DNA of 64,000 nt, from the NCBI GenBank assembly GCA_013239625.1, contig MU056000.1, positions 14,347,787 through 14,411,786 of the forward strand, written 5' to 3'. This DNA comes from Lama guanicoe (Eukaryota). Below, in pieces: positions 52,126 through 64,000 of the stretch. The position numbers and the translations under genes are program-made. The notes under the pieces were generated by a model, which saw nothing but the letters and a program-made list of their open reading frames with translations, had not been told where the DNA came from and searched no databases. Every line of letters begins with the position of its first letter. Position 1 is the stretch's first letter.

Positions 52126-55100
52126 AGTATTTAAGTATATTTTGAATGGATGAATGAATGATGACTAATGAACAAGTCCTCATTTGCTGTAGGGGAAATG
52201 TTACCAAATATTGTGAAACAACTAGTCATTCATTTCTCAAAGCAAGTAAGTGTGTTAGGTATTTTATTTCTGTAGAGGAAATTACTGTGACAAATCTTTG
52301 TCATTCAAATTATTAGAATTATAAATAAATTTTAGGGTTAAAATTGAGAGTTAATTTTTTAGATCAAATGTTTAAAATTTATGGTTTATTTAGAAAATAA
52401 ATTTAGTATATATATGTACATACATACATATATTTTTAAAAGTCTCTAGGATATTTCATACATTATTTTTCTGTTTTCTTTGACTAACTGGTAGGGTTCA
52501 CATGCTGTTTAAAGATAATAATACTGAATTGACTCACAAAGCAAGGAAATTTATAACAGCAGTGGTAATTAATGATAATATTTTTAAAGATGCTGATCAA
52601 TAAACAGTGTGAATTCCAAAATTAAAAGTCAGTTATGATTTTGCACACATATAAAAATTACAGTAATTTGTTTTTGCTGGGTCTGTCAATATTTGGTCCA
52701 ATCTGTCAAAGTATAGCACATTTTAATATATAGCTAATTACAATAATAAAGTCTTAAAATAAATCAGTAAGGAAATCAATATATACCTGTAAATTAGTGT
52801 GAAATGGCAAAAATAACTATTATTATTGAAAGTGATATAACATTTTCAAATATATGTAACAATGCCTCTGAGTAAATAGTATTATCTATTTGTGAAAGAC
52901 CAATATAATTGGATGAATTCAACATGCATGATTAAACTCCTACAGAAAATGTTCCAAAATATATAATCTAATGTGAAGCAATAACCATATAAAAATAGGG
53001 TAGTATTACTAAATATAGTGAATCCACATTAATATATTTCTCTTTATACTTTGCTTTCAAGGATAAGGGTATTATAGTCTACTTTTAAATGACAAAACTA
53101 TTAAATAAAATGAAAAATTATATTGTAATTTTCAACTTCTTCTGGTAGAAACAGAATTTTTTTTAATTCCTACAAAAAAATCTCAAACCAAGAAGAGCGC
53201 ATTAATTTGAATTATGTTCTGTAAAGTGTATCAAAATTTTTCAATAAAGTATAATAGGGTGAAAGTCAAGAAAGTAGTTTTTTGAGTAACAGTAATAATT
53301 TTTTTTTCAGATTTTTTCCTTGGGGGTAAATTATTTTCATGGCAAATGTGGAAAAGTTTCTTAAGTGTCACTCTAAGTTATTCAGAGTATTTTGAGTTAA
53401 TTTGGCTCCTCATCCTTCTTAAAGTTTGTTTGGCCTCATGTACTTCACCTATTCTAAACGTAATCCTTTCTGTTATTAAATATTATCCAAGTCATTTAGA
53501 TAATAAACTCAGTAATATGTTGGTAAAATAATCTAATTCCAGATTTATTAACTTTTTAATTAAAGAAGAAAAAAATATGTAATGAATGAAACCAGAATGG
53601 CTGATATTTTTATATCCAGAAGACCTTAAGAGCATATTTCTTTAAACGCTGCTACTTATATCAAATAGCTTGATAATTTTACTATTGAAAAATGAGCATT
53701 TTTAAAAGTAAATTATTTTAGTGTTATATTTTAATTAACTTTGATTCTATATTTATCTTTATAATCAACTATATCTTGGACAAATTAAAGTAAACTTCTA
53801 GGTGTTTAACGAAGTTATATAAATATATAAATTTATGTTTTAATTGCACATTAACAGTTTGATGAAAAATATTATCAAGCATACAATTAAAATGGCCTGG
53901 CTTGATAAAAGAAAAACATAGAAACACTTATACCTAAATGTTTATTTAATTTAGTTAGACTTTCCTTTCTTTGGAGAACTAGAATGTTTAAGAGCAATTG
54001 CCTATTACCTGCCATGACCACTAGATTTATAATATGGTCTTTCAAATTAAGGTCAATTAAGACATGCTGAGAACTTCTATATCAATAGCACTGTATAAAC
54101 CTCTCCTCTGAGCTTAGACACTAAGCAGTTTAAGATCTGTTACTAGCATCACAGAAGGCTGTGTTAGTATTACATGTTCCTTAACCCTCTTCCTATTCCA
54201 TTATCATTGTTATGCTATTCTTGTTTGCTTCATCTTGTGTTTTTACATTATTCCTTTTAAAAATCAGCTGTGGACTCTACGAATTGAAGTTGTGAGTGTC
54301 TTTAAGATTGTTTCAAGAGAGTCCTCGGATCCATTTAGCTGAAATGACAGAATTTGAAGTATGGTGTATGAGACCACAGTGGTTTTCTTGTGAATTCAAT
54401 CATTCAGTAAGTTCTGCTTAACATGCCACTGTTTCCCAACAGAAATGTTGAGGGTGGGGGAGGTAGGAAGAAACATGAAAGCAATAATTTTCAAAAGAAA
54501 ATATAAAGGAGGAGCATCAGTGATTTTTTTTAAACAAACATTTGTTATCTGATGGAAATACTAAACACAAACACTGGAATATTCAGAAATTATTCAGTCA
54601 ACAAATCTGCGAGTGCCTATAATGAACACTGTCCTAGAAAGGGGGAAACTATTGAAGTGTAAAAATTTCTTCCCTGTTTGTGACCCCCATGGAGTTTGTT
54701 TTCAGGTAATTGTAATTGGGCAAGTACATACATAATAACAACTTACGATAATCACTTGAAGCTAAATCTCCACGTATTATGAGTGTACACATCAAAGAAA
54801 CTACAAAACGGATCTCAGAAGTCTTTTTCTCAGGACTGATATCAGATCCATGTTCTAATCAATATGTATGAATCCACTAAATGAAGGCCTGGAGGGAGCA
54901 GTCCAGGCAAAAGATCTTGAATGCAAAGGAGAAAGAACAACCTAGAATTAAGGCTTGAAGCGGAAGGGAGGGGAAGAGGAGGCTGAAGAGGTCTGATGGG
55001 GATACAGAATCTAGGTTAAAAAGTCTCTATAGAAAGAAAAAACAGGAATTCATAGAAGGGTTTCCAGCAGGAAAATGACATGGTCAGATTTGCATTTTAA

Positions 55101-55574
55101 AATATCACTGATCAGACTGTGTAGATCAGATTAGCAGGGACAGAAATGCTTGCAGTCTAAATAGAGATGATGAATTGTCATGAATAACTGTGATCACCAT
55201 ACTGTAACCTAGAAAAATAAACTATTTCTGGGTTTGTAATGCTTAAAGTATGTAATCAATTTTTGAAAATTATACACATTTTCTTCAGTAAGAGGAATGG
55301 GTTTATATATACAGATTTATTTTAAGAATATTTTCATCCATTTTAAATAATTTGAATTTAGAAGCAATAGTAATTTGCTTAAGGAGATTAATAAAGGTCA
55401 TGGTGGTTAAAACCTTTGAGAACAGAACTAAAATTGAGACTTACCATTAACAACATGATTAAATGTGCAAAAGTAATCCATGATGTGGGGAAATTAATTT
55501 ACTACATTATGAAGGATAAATCAAATTATAACATATGGGGAAACTATTTGCTTTAAAGTAGCAAAGAAAATCAA

Positions 55575-57180
55575 TTTTTAAGAAGTTTTTATATGGAATA
55601 TTTCAAAATCTGTGCAAGAAGAGAAAGGAGTGTAATGAACCCCCATGGACCTATCACTCAATTTCAGTAATTTTCAGCACGTGAAAATTTGTTTTATCTA
55701 AATCCTTTATCTACACCCTTCATTTCTACCCAAGTAAGACTGAGGCAAATGAAGACATTATATTAATTGACATGTGAATATTTCAGTATGTATTTTTAAA
55801 TAACAAGAATCCCCTTTTTCAACCATAACTATCATCAGACACTTACTGCTAAAATATAATTATTCGTTTATCTAATATTACATATCCAGTCATGTTCATA
55901 TTATTTCTCTAATTGAAACATAAATGTTCCTTTTGTTTGTTAGTCTAATATTCTCTTAGCTTGTCCTGTAATTCTAAAACTTTCATTTTCTAATCGGTAT
56001 GTCCCCAAGGACTTTTATCTTTTGCTTTAAAGTCCAATTATTTCCCTCGACTATGCCTAAGTCTAGGAAATTCTTGTTTGACTTTCCAAGGAACTCATGG
56101 TGCTCTTTCATTATGTACTTTCAAGTCCTGTTTTGTTTACTTTCTTGGATTATATGTTTTAGAATGTGTAGTTTATTTGGTTTTCTCCTTCAGGGAAGAC
56201 TATTACACTTTTTTAATATTCATTTTAGTTTTTAAATGAGTTTATTCACATCCATTTTCCTATCTTTCTTTTCTCCAATCACCTCATTCCTGATATTTTA
56301 TAGTTTGATTTATGTTGTTGGCTCATAACTTCTATGATTTTCTTTCTTTTCCCTCATTTTAAAATACCACGTTATATTTTTCTTTGTTTTGTGAGCATGG
56401 ATGTCCAATATGTTTTCTTCATTTGTAAGAGGTTCATCTCTTTCTTGTCCTTTTTTTCTCTTCTGTAACTTTTAAAGAACAAAGCCACAGTCTTCTTCAG
56501 TGACTCAGTTTTAAGTGAAATGAAATTTTTCTATACTTTAAAGAGAAAGGAATGGACCAGTATCACTTTCTAGTTTCACTAATATAACACCCCCTTTCTT
56601 TTGCTTTCAGCACGATTAAAACAATAGGATTCAGCTTCCTGAAATCTTTATCCTTTCATCTGAACCTTCTTTAATTATTTGTTCATTATCCTCCCCAGCT
56701 TATTAGGATTCTAGTCCCTTGCTTTGCCTCAAGAGAGTACTTGGTTTCAGGGTTCCTACTTCCAGACACCTGGTCTACTTGATCACCATTGACATTTTGT
56801 TCCACTGCTCTCATTGAAAACTGGAAGCTTCAAATCCCACGACCATCACAACTACCACTTTCAGATGCTGTGTTAGGACTGCCCACCGAGTCTTCCAGTA
56901 AGCCCACGATGATGATTTTCAGTTCTCTGCCTCTCAGGCCATCTCTCACTTCCTCTTATATAACTCTTGACAGCAATTATGTCATGTAGCCATTAGTACT
57001 TATCTCAAACCATTTATATTCTGGGGCTCATGAGAATTATTTTTTACCTAGTTTTGCTGTAGGTGCTGTCCTACTTACTGTCCTACTTGATTTTGCTGTC
57101 CTACTTGCTCTTTTTCTCTTTATCAGTGGAATTCTACTAGATCTAACAAAATAACCACTGACAACGCCATCATCCCAGAA
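55575..57180 (-). mobile_element. Ancient L1ME 3' fragment plus HAL1/L1 5'-region remnants
   Basis: atatggaatatttcaaa...gtaatgaacccccatg matches L1ME. The reverse complement near 57180 begins ttctgggatgatggcg, like an L1/HAL1 5' end. Confidence 0.45.
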
Positions 57181-58329
57181 TATTTTAACTATAATTTTTC
57201 AATACACTACAATACAATAGTGCATTTAAGCAAGCAATTGTAGATGATCTTTTTATAGTCAGAAGTTATACACAAGTATTCCTCTATTCTCAGCCCTGGA
57301 TCAAATCTTTGTAAAACACACAGATGTTGTCAGTTCAGTGTAATATGCATTATTGAGCAACTACTGTATGCACGGTATTGCTTTAGGTCCTTCAGAAGAG
57401 ATGAAAGCAAGCACAAACACTCTCTATAGGTGTTTCAAATTCCAATGGGGAAAATAAATGCATACATAATTAACCCCAATAATAAATTAATTTTAAACAG
57501 CTATAAGACTCACTCTTTTTGGTGAGAATCAATATTAACACTGTCAAGCATGCCTATTTAAAGGCTTGAAAAAATAGAATACTATGAAACCAGTGCAAAA
57601 ATATAGATTTCTATTCTTCAACCTGGAAATATGTCAGTTCTGTATTTCTAAGGGCAAACAAAATCTGTCTAGATAACACTATAAAATAGGATTTCATTTT
57701 AACAATAAACATATGTTGGAAATATATATATAAGTGTTTATCAAAATAGTAAATGGTAATAATCTCTCAGTAATGGGATTAGAGAAGCATTTTATACTTT
57801 TGCTTTATTTTTGCAATATTTTCTTCTATTTAGGTGACTATTTTTTGCAATGAACAAGCATCACAGGTAAAATAAAATTAGGCTCTTTATATTTTTACAA
57901 GCCATGAAACACTGGAAAAGCAGTGAAAAATATTTTTGCATATAAGATAAATTTATGACCAAGATAATCAACACTGTCTGCTCAAGATATCTAAGAATGG
58001 ATTATTTGCCTATGGATACATTTCAGTCCTATTATGAATAAGAAGGAAGAGGAGGAAGGGAGGAGAAGAAAACAACATAAGTAACCTATTCAAGTTCAGG
58101 TGCTGTAACTGCAAACTCATTAGTCTGACACTAGCAGTTATGATCCTATGATCCCAACCATCACTCTCCCACTGCCTCCCGCTATTCCTGATAAAGCTAA
58201 ATGTCAAGATCAGTTTCTTATTTTGGTTGAGATTATTGTTACCTCTCTTTCCAGTTAAGATTTGTGTCATAGGCTAACAATGACCAGAGGGTCCGTGGAT
58301 CCTAATGTTATCCTTTCAAGCGCATCCCT

Positions 58330-58800
58330 TTCAAACTGGCTTACCAGTGTTGCAGAGATAGGCTGGAGGCTCTCTCAGCCCTTTCCAAAGGTGACAGCTA
58401 AACTCTATTTCCCATCCCCGCCTGGCATTCTTGTAGGGCTTTGTGACCATTTCTAACCAAGGGAACGTGAGTAGAAATTGTGTATCACTTCTATCCCTGG
58501 GCTGTTTAAGAGAGGATGTGTCTACATCTCTGTTTCTGTCTCTGAATCTGTCACTGTCTCCCTCTCTCTCTCTCCTCCTGGTCAGCCACCTGGACAGTGC
58601 AGGGCTGACCTCAGTCTTCTGATGAACACACAAGAGCCACAGGCAGCATGCGTGCATCTTAAAATACATTCCCAAACGACCCCAGAAAGCTATCCTCCCT
58701 GCCTACCTCACTGGACTGTGCTGGGATAGAACAGGAGTCTAAACCACTGAGTTTTGAAGAGTTATCTGCTAACCAATTAGGAATGTTACCCCAAAGAACA
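58330..58800 (+). mobile_element. Old MLT1 LTR remnant
   Basis: ctctatttcccatcc...gtgaccatttctaaccaagggaacgtgagtagaa...taaaccactgagttttgaagagttatctgcta. Confidence 0.55.
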
Positions 58801-60015
58801 ATAGCAACTTTCAAACTCATTTTTGATACTTGGTTGAATTTTTCTTGTATTTAATTTAAAATGTTTAGCAGCATAAGATATAAATCAACTATTGTTTTCT
58901 ATTTTTCATTGACCAAGCTAATTATTTTTTCCTTGATTAGCCTTACTTCTAAGGAGCATGCAGTTTAAAAAAAAATGAAAATAATACACATTTATTTTCT
59001 GTAATCTTTACATAGAACAAATCATTTTTTCAAATTTAGTTTTCTTATTCTCCTATATGGTAATAATAGAACTGTGAACTTGCACATTTTGAGTCTTTTG
59101 GTAAATTCAGAACAAATTCTTCACCTTTAATTTAATGGAAGTGGGTAAGATACTGAGTTAAAGTACTTGGAAGATACTCAAATACAGCTTATGTTTTATA
59201 TAAATTTATAAGACAGACATAGACTCTCTTGCTCCATGTTGCTATTTTAATTCTGTGATTAAAATGGTGACTTGAAAAAATTTTTAATTATAAGGACCCT
59301 ATCTCGGCTGGCTAAACATTAGCCTGTCCTATTTTTTTGGAAACAAATTAACTTTTCAGCCTAAGAGGTGCTGGTAAGTTAATTTGCAAAATGTTTGCAG
59401 TGCCCCAGAAAAATGTCAATTTATATTAAAAAGCAACGGAAATATTGCATTTTCCCAGCTACCATAATAAAAACCATTTCAAGTAATTTCTTTTAAAATA
59501 AGCTTATTTTGGTCATTTTTTTTTAATTTGAGACCTCTCCTCATTTCTTACTTTGATAAATGAACATACCTGGAAAAAATTTTTAAAATCTTACATAATG
59601 GATAATATTGGACTTGTGAGAAGCATCAATAACATGAGGCTTTTCTGCTCTATGATTTTTTTTTTCGGTTTGTACAATAGTATCAGTTTCAGAATTCTGT
59701 TAATATTGACACTTAATTTTCCTGCAAAGGAGGGCACTGGCAGAAATATAGTGCCCACATTAGTAGGTCAAAGGAGAACTGTATATTGCACATCTGCTAT
59801 GACCTAAGCCCTACTCTCTCAGTATCCCTGTAACAGGGTCCTGGGACACAGAGGAGAACCAGAGAATTTTGTTTGCATCTTCGAGTTATCGTCCATTTCT
59901 TTCCTATATAAATCCAATTTAGAATAAATTGTTAACTGGAAAATCTGAGCACCTAACATTCCATGTAGACAACTGTGAATTTCTATGGCTAGTGTGTCTG
60001 CCTCACCTTACCAGT

Positions 60016-60494
60016 TCTGATGGTTCATTTATGTTTCAACTTGACTGGACCATGGGGTGCCCAGATATTTCATCAATATTTGGGGGGATTATGTCTGTGA
60101 GAGTGTGTTTGTATGAGATTAATATTTAATATTTGAATAGGTAGAGATATTTTTTTCCTCCCTTTGGAGTCAATCTGGAAAATTGGCTCTTCTTGGCTCC
60201 CAAGCCTGGAGACTATCAGACTGGAACCTACATCATCAGCTCTTCTAGCTCTCCAGGTTCTTAAGTTTTGGACTTGGACTTGAATTACACTATCTTCCTT
60301 TCTTGGGTCTCCAGTTTGCCTGTTACAAATCTTGGAACTACTTAGTCCCTGTTATTGCATAAACCACTCCCTTCTAATAAACTTTTTTTCATATATCTAT
60401 ATATATATACCCACATACATACATATACCTATATGTCTATATATATATATATATCCTATTGTTTCTGTTTTTCTGGAAAACCTTGACAAATACA
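60016..60494 (+). mobile_element. MLT2 (ERVL) solo LTR
   Basis: tgatggttcatttatgtttcaacttgactggaccatggggtgcccagata, a (TA)n tract, and cctattgtttctgtttttctggaaaaccttgacaaataca. Confidence 0.85.
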
Positions 60495-60789
60495 CAAGTC
60501 TTCTTTATTTTCCTTTCCTCTCTTAGCTACTTGGTGATAAATGAGGTAGCTTCTTTTAAGTTCTAATTTAAAAAAAATCATGAAATACCTAAAGCAGGTG
60601 CAAGAACAAACCTTTCTTCAATAATTAGTGTAAATAGAGTTTCTCTCCCTCTCTGTCTTTTTTTTTTTTCCTAAAGAAATCATTGTCCCACTTTCATCAC
60701 ACACCAGGTGGCAACATATTGAGTGGAAAATATATAAGAACAGTGGGGATGTGCAGACAATAATAATAGTACCTTCCTCTGCATTGTTG

Positions 60790-60950
60790 TTTGTACTTTT
60801 CAAAGCATTTCCTCATAGACTTGAGTCACACAAAATAACTATAGGATGAGGAGAGTAGACATTTTCATCCTTTACAGATGAGAAAATCAAGGAACTACTG
60901 AGAAAAGTCAGTGGCAGAACTAAATTTTCAGACTGGGTCTTCTGACAATA
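60790..60950 (-). mobile_element. MIR fragment
   Basis: ttttcatcctttacagatgagaaaatcaagg is the reverse MIR core. Confidence 0.6.
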
Positions 60951-61128
60951 AATTAAGAAGTATTCTTACAACTGAATGACTCTGTTTGTAGACAGAACTG
61001 CATTAATTATGTTTTTCAAGAGGGAATAGACAGTCACTTATAAGAGAAAGGACAAATAAGACCTAGTGGATTTCTGCTCCAAAAGGCAAGAGGGATGATG
61101 TAAACTTAGAGAAACTAATAGCTACTCC

Positions 61129-61167
61129 CTCTCTCTCTCTCTCTCTCTCTCCCTCTCTCTCTCTCTC

Positions 61168-61237
<70 letters not shown>
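61129..61237. repeat. Compound (CT)n(AT)n microsatellite
   Basis: About 80 bp of CT repeat with two interruptions, followed by about 29 bp of AT repeat. Confidence 0.95.
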
Positions 61238-61238
<1 letters not shown>

Positions 61239-62429
61239 CAGGGTGATTTGTAGATCATTGCAAAGAAGTATTTAATGCATGTACTCTAAAGAAAAGGGAG
61301 TTTCAACATGAAAATTAATGAAAAAGTAATGATATTAGCAACAGTGTTAGCAAAAGCCCGTCTTTACTGAACACATGTTCAACCTGAAGAATCTTCCAGG
61401 AAAGTTTGCTAGTTCTAAAGGTGATTTGGCAACAAAAATGTTATCATCTCATTTCAACATATTTGATGAAACAGACTACTAGAGTAAATAACCTCTTCAA
61501 AATATATGACATCGAGAAGATGTTATGCCAAAAACCATAAGCATTTCTAAAATGAAAGGAAAATAAACCAGCAAACCTTTCTGCGAAGTTTGACATTATT
61601 GAATAACTTGCAAGGTTCTTAATTTAAACATAGTATTTAGAGCTTGCAAGTAGATAAACAGGAACTAACCATATTATGTGCTACAGTCACAAGTTGTCTT
61701 AAATTTGGTTCTCCAGAAATAGACCTGAGACAATAACTCATGTAAAAGTTGATTTATTAGGAAGAATTGCCAGAGGCCTAAAATTGGCCAGGGAAATAGG
61801 AAGTGGGATTAGGCAGGGAAGAAACCAAGGAAGTCAAGCAAGAGTAAATCTGGCTCAGTCTGATACAGGACATTTGGAGAAAATGTGAGTCATACCTTAA
61901 CATTTTTCAGCTGGGGAGTACTTATTCCTCTGTGCACCTCATTCATTGGTTAAAGGCAAGGGTAGACAGGCAGTGGGGGCTGCAGTTCTCCCAGGCTGAA
62001 GACCTAGAGGGATGTGGCAGCCTGGCAGCAGTGTCTCAAGAACATATGCAGATGCTAGGGGTTGGGTGGAAAAGTCAGCAGAAGCCAGCTGCTGATATGC
62101 ACAAACATGGGAAAATTCACTGTAAGGATACAGGCAGAGCACTGACACAGCTGTTGCTCCAGCCACGTGACTGATCAACAGTGCTTTTATATGAAGCACG
62201 GGAGCTTCTTCATCACCACTTCCCTGCCTCTTGACTTGCTGCACTTCTACCTGTCTACTCACGGACCACTGATCACTGAGGACAGTTATCTAAGATGAAG
62301 GAGGGACTCTCTTCTGGTACATTTAAAATTCTACAAAGGAATAAATCTCCTAAGGTAAATACAGGCACTAGAGAGAGATCCTCCAGCGTTCATGGCTCAA
62401 ACTACATGAAATCAACAACATTCAAGTGT

Positions 62430-62897
62430 GCCAGCCTGTTAGATTGGTGACCCCTCAGTGAACACCTTGCAGTTATCCCTTCCGACACTTTCTCTGGGCT
62501 TGGCTAGAAAATTTGCTTCGGTCAATGGGCATCAGCAAGTGCATGCACAGTAACTTGATAAGCACTTGCATTTTGGGATTTTATCCTCTTAAAAGAGCCC
62601 CTCTTGGTATCCCTCTGCCAGGTTATAAGAAATCCTAGGAGATTTTACTGGGGAGAAAGGGGCATATTGAGGGACCCTGGGGGCTGAGACACTGTGTAGA
62701 GTAAGAGGTCTCAAGGAGGAGAAGCAGTGTGTCCCAGCTGATTTCTCAGCCGAATGCAACCATACACACTATCCAGCTAATAATAGGAGGAGTAGAATTG
62801 CTCTGAAAATCTACAGAATCATAAGAAATAAATTACTCTTGCTTCAAGCTACAAATGTTGGCATGCTTTGGTTACATACTAATATATAACTAATACA
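62430..62897 (+). mobile_element. MLT1 (F/G/H-like) LTR
   Basis: cagccgaatgcaacc...cagaatcataagaaataaatt...ttcaagctacaaatgttgg...ataactaataca. Confidence 0.6.
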
Positions 62898-63059
62898 GTT
62901 TTTGCCCTATGGAAATGGTAATTTCATATGATTCAAACTAAAAACATCAAAATAATACTAATCAAACCACTTTCTGTAGACAGTACTACCAGTTATCCAG
63001 TCCTACGCTGGTTAATGTACCCAGTTAGTGTCTTTCTGAGTTAACCCTCCAGTTAACCT

Positions 63060-63200
63060 GTGCTGTGAGATAGGCATTAATGCATAATCCCAAAGCTGAA
63101 GAAAATGAGTCTCAGAGAGTTCAAGTGGCTTGTCTAAGACCACAAATTCGCAGAGTCATAACCTGAATCCACATTTGCTAGGATTCAGGCTACCCCTTTC
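63060..63200 (-). mobile_element. MIR fragment
   Basis: gaagaaaatgagtctcagagagttcaagtggcttgtctaagaccaca. Confidence 0.7.
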
Positions 63201-63544
63201 CCTCTCTGCTGCAAATTTTACTTTCTCATAAGGGTCCGTAAACATGACAGCATAAATTGCCATGAGGCTTGTCAATTTGCCAGAGCAAGGACAATGAGTA
63301 CGAGTTATCTGCTTTGTAAAACTGTCGTTGAAAATCCTTTACATCGAAGATGGAGCAGAATAAACTAGTAAAAATAACCCTTCATTCCTCCTATACAAAC
63401 ATGTTCTCCTCTTGAGTGTTAATAGTGAAACCAAGAAAACATTACATCTTTTGGTAACCTGAATGATTGGCATACTTTGACTACTTCAACTTCAGTTGTA
63501 GTGATGAAGAAATACAAATGTACAACTTTCCTAGGTATGATGAC

Positions 63545-63795
63545 AATAGTACAGTGTTGAAAAATTTAGGCTATAGAGCAAAAGTGCCTGATGTAAATTC
63601 TAGTTATTTCCTTTACTGGTTGTGTGACCCTGAGCGAGTTATTTAACCTCTCTGAGTCCTTAGTTTCGTCATCTGTAAAATCATGGAACTAATATTATCT
63701 ACCTCATTAACTTCATTAGTCGTGGAAATTCACACAATCACTATATGTAAAGTGCTAAGAATAGTGCCTAGCATAGAGCCGACTATTATTATTAC
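63545..63795 (+). mobile_element. Near full-length MIR SINE
   Basis: tgtgtgaccctgagcgagttatttaacctctctgagtccttagtttcgtcatctgtaaaa...gtaaagtgctaagaatagtgcctagcatag. Confidence 0.85.
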
Positions 63796-64000
63796 TGTTG
63801 TTGTCATTGCTATTAATTTCCTTTTAGGAGTCAAAGTAAACTCATAGTCATGGGTACGAACCCACGCTTAAACGTGTTGTCAGAAGTTTAGTTTCCAAAC
63901 AACTATTTTGTAAAATAAGTACAATGGATTTGACAGAATAAAGGGCTTTATTCATTTAGGAAGTGTGACTTTAATGGTCATTTAACTGTAATAATATAAT

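Overview
AT-rich, CpG-depleted mammalian DNA (intergenic or deep intronic) with no host protein-coding exon or RNA gene that I can support. The recognisable long ORFs are transposon remnants and the rest look like chance ORFs. The young LINE-1 3' ends are cetartiodactyl-type and I saw no lineage SINEs (Alu, B1/B2, Bov-tA, PRE-1, CanSINE), which suggests a camelid genome (inference). Main structures: (1) a ~7.3 kb decayed class I (ERV1) provirus at 43747-51028 with both LTRs, tRNA-Leu PBS, gag-pro-pol-env and PPT, inserted inside an older MER34-like solo LTR, lacking its RT catalytic core and carrying an EnvR(b)/PABL-type env; (2) a 5'-inverted (twin-primed) L1 with TSDs at 27121-28727; (3) a young 5'-truncated L1 at 4961-5585; (4) a nested 341-bp/62-bp tandem duplication at 8584-9327; (5) a MaLR provirus plus many old MLT, Tigger, MER58, L1M, L2 and MIR fragments and microsatellites. 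I found no convincing novel biological system. Repeat family names come from recalled consensus sequences, not from a search, and old-repeat boundaries are approximate.
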